Assembly (NCBI RefSeq): GCF_006345805.1
Contig: NC_043003.1
Location: 29,140,001 to 29,204,000, forward strand
Direction: 5' to 3'
From: Octopus sinensis
Lineage: Eukaryota
DNA: 64,000 bases
Translations under genes and position numbers: made by a program
Notes under the pieces: model-generated
What the model saw: the letters and a program-made list of their open reading frames with translations, nothing else
The model's database searches: none
What the model was told of the DNA's origin: nothing
Shown here: positions 61,025-64,000 of the stretch, piece after piece
Numbering within the stretch: position 1 is the first letter of the stretch
Layout: each line of letters opens with the position of its first letter

Positions 61025-61480
61025 TCCCTTTCTTCACTTTCTCCTTTTAATTTTAAAGTAAACTGTGACAAGCTATCTACATAAAGCAAGGTTGTGAAGG
61101 AAAGTATCTTGTTTTAATCATCATCCTTTAAATCTTAAGGTCTTGCAAATTTTTATGGTCCCAGATATTGTGTTCATTTATAACATTTGAATCAAGGATT
61201 TGCATTCTCTCCTCAAGAACCCAAGTTCAGCCATATTTTGCTCAAGACGGGTTGGTATATATCCTGTTGTTCCAATAATAATAGGTATAAAGCTGAAAGT
61301 GTATCTTAGGTACTGGATTTGCAAACTGCTTACCAGTGATCCATAGATGTCCTCTTTCTCTTGTATTTTTCTAATAACATTGGTGTCCAGAGGGAAGTTA
61401 TTTCCACAACAGAACATAGATTTTCTTTGTGGTTCCACACGACGATATCTGGCTGGTTGTGTTTTAACTTGGTGGCTGTT
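61025..61480 (-). mobile_element. Non-LTR RLE domain and 3' end abutting (TACA)n
   Basis: NQPDIVVW..PLDTNVIRKIQEKEDIYGSL..FIPIIIGTTGYIP..LGF. Confidence 0.8.
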
Positions 61481-61577
61481 TTAATTTTTAAGTTCTACCA
61501 ATATTTTTTGGTCCAACGGTCTCAATATGGGGAACTTCGTTTGTAGGCATTTTCTTTTGAATGTATGTGCATATATA

Positions 61578-61966
61578 CTCTTTTATTTGTTTCAGTCATT
61601 TGACTGCGGCCATGCTGGAGCACTGCCGTTTGTCGAGCAAATCGACCCCAGGACTTATTCTTTAGAAGACTAGTACTTATTGTATCGGTTTCTTTTGACG
61701 AACCGCTAAGTTACGGGGGACGTAAACACACCACCATCGATTGCCAAGCGATGTTGGGGGACAAACAGACACACAAACATATACACACACATACATATAT
61801 ATATACATATATACGACGGACTTCTTTCAGTTTCCGACTACCAAATCCACTCACAAGGCTTTTTGTCGGTCTGAGGCTATAGTAGAAGACACTTGCCCAA
61901 GGTGCCACGCAGAGGGAATGAACCCGGAACCATGTGGTTGGTAAGCAAGCTACTTACCACACAGCC
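61578..61966 (-). mobile_element. SINE family B, full length
   Basis: Both halves present. Confidence 0.9.
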
Positions 61967-62047
61967 AATGTATGTACTTACATGAGTACGTCTGTATGTG
62001 TATATGCATATATATATGCATATATACATATATGCATATGTAGGTGC

Positions 62048-62139
<92 letters not shown>

Positions 62140-62159
62140 GTTTCTATAGATAGATAGAG

Positions 62160-62220
<61 letters not shown>
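62048..62220. repeat. (GATA)n microsatellite
   Basis: Direct observation. Confidence 0.95.
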
Positions 62221-62484
62221 TGCACGTACGTACGTATGTATGTATTTATGTATGTATGTATTATGTATGTATGTATGTATGTATGTATGTATGTATTTAT
62301 GTATGTATGTATGTATGTACGTCACTACAACTGTCACTAATAAACGAATATGGCTTGGTAACGTGTACCATGCTTTCGCTAATTATTTTTTAGACGCCTG
62401 TGTAGTCACGAGCAGACATAAACACCCGCTCAGCTCTATAGGGGAAGGGAGAGGGCCGCACCCTCACTCGAGCTGCTGCTTCAA

Positions 62485-62615
62485 CTGAATAGATTGGTTC
62501 AACGGGAAATGAAAGTGCCTTGCTTAGGAGAACAACATGCCGCCCGATCCAAGAGTACAACTCGTAACTTTATAAAAGTGGGTCCAGTCCAATACCCTAC
62601 CCACTGGGCTACGCA
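62485..62615 (-). mobile_element. V-domain-like SINE, degenerate
   Basis: rc GTAGCCCAGTGGGTAGGG..TGTTCTCCTAAGCAAGGCACTTTC. Confidence 0.5.
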
Positions 62616-62829
62616 GCAAAGCACCAACACTATTACTCCTATAGCTGCTGCCACAACCACTTTCATTGTTACTAACCCTAACTACTACTACTACTGCTGT
62701 TGCTATTATTACTACTACCACTATTGCTGCTACTGTTGCTGCTATTACTATTACTAGTACTCCTAGTGCTGCTATTACTACTACTACTGCTGCTGCCATT
62801 ACTACTACTGCATCGAGTAGGGTGGGGGT

Positions 62830-62985
62830 ATTTGGCAACGGTCCTTGTTAGATAGTTCCGCCGTTGCCAATCAAACTCCATTGAATTAAATGTTCTTAGA
62901 CATTTCCGTCCAACTCTGACTCAATTACTTCAGAATTAATTAATAGATATTCCTCCTTCATTCATTAACTGACGTCACGTGATCT
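62830..62985. promoter_or_regulatory. Candidate cis-regulatory motif cluster
   Basis: Inverted TTGGCAACGG/CCGTTGCCAA, CCAAT, and overlapping TGACGTCA + CACGTG in non-repetitive-looking DNA. Confidence 0.2.
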
Positions 62986-63215
62986 GGTCACTGAACAAAC
63001 GTAAAATCTCTTCTGTAAGACAAGCTCTGTGGGTGGCCGCTGGATAGTTGGACAGTTAAGCGGTCGGACTTTAATGGTGGGTTTGAGAAGGAAAGTGATT
63101 TATCGTTTTCAAGGACATAGCTAGACTGGATTCGACTGGACTGGAGTGGAATCTTGATTGAACCGCACTAAATTGAAATAATCTGGTGATGTACGTATTG
63201 TCCATTGGGTCATGT

Positions 63216-63600
63216 GGGGGCGCAATGGCCCAGTGGTTAGGGCAGTGGACTCGCGGTCAGAGGATTGCGGTTTCGATTTCCAGACCGGGCGTTGTGAGTG
63301 TTTATTGAGCGAAAACACCTAAAGCTCCACGAGGTTCCGACAGGGGATGGTGGCGAACCCTACTGTACTCCTTCACCACAACTTTCTCTCACTCTTACTT
63401 CCTGTTTTCTGTTGTGCCTGTAATTCAAAGGGCCAGCCTTGTCACACTCAGTGTCATGCTGAATATCCCCGAGAACTACGTTAAGTGTACACGTATCTGT
63501 GGAGTGCTCAGCCACTTGCACGTTAATTTCACGAGCAAGCTGTTCCGTTGATCGGATCAACTGGAACCCTCGTCGTCGTAAGCGACGGATTGCCAACAAC
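63216..63600 (+). mobile_element. SINE family C, full length, RTE-like tail
   Basis: Head as 9812; tail CCTGTAATTCAAAGGGCCAGCCTTGTCAC..CGTCGTAAGCGACGGATTGCCAACAAC. Confidence 0.88.
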
Positions 63601-63818
63601 ATTGGGTCATATCTCCTATCTGTCTTAAGACGCAGCGCAGTGTGCTTGAGTGTGCATGCGTACGTTTTTTCAGTTTTTTCATTCACACATACGTTACATA
63701 CATACATGCATACATACATACTTACATACGTATGTACGTGTGTATATACATAAACTTATACGCGCACACATACATATAAACACATATTTACATATATGCC
63801 TACTTACCTATTTGCATG

Positions 63819-63863
<45 letters not shown>

Positions 63864-64000
63864 GCATGTATGAATATATATACAATATATATGTATGTAT
63901 GCATGTGTATGCATGTATACATATGTATATGTATATATGTATATGCTTGTATACATATATATAAGTATGTATGCATATGTATGTATATACATACATATGT

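Overview
Eukaryotic, AT-rich, very repeat-dense non-coding DNA. The SINE and microsatellite repertoire points to a coleoid cephalopod, probably Octopus (inference, not database-checked). I found no convincing intact host gene; there is one weak candidate terminal exon at 18749-18882 (-) and one unassigned coding-like remnant at about 12830-13095 (-). The window is made of long microsatellites (TA, GT, TACA, GATA, AAT, GCGT), dozens of tRNA-derived SINEs of at least four modular types, and decayed non-LTR retrotransposons (R4/Dong-like and other RLE-type, CR1-like, RTE-like, Tx1-like, Penelope-like). It also holds Tc1/mariner/maT relics, several MITE/foldback elements, a 660-bp tandem duplication and a 100-N scaffold gap. 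Almost all ORFs in the supplied track are microsatellite artefacts. The most interesting signal is a set of about seven hammerhead-ribozyme-like motifs, several in Penelope-like elements. These include a U3:A8 compensatory core variant, two same-family copies with covarying stems, and one with type II order closed by a long inverted repeat. A second theme is the visible pairing of SINE and LINE 3' tails and microsatellite-specific insertion polarity. Family assignments come from remembered motifs and manual translation, and many boundaries are approximate.
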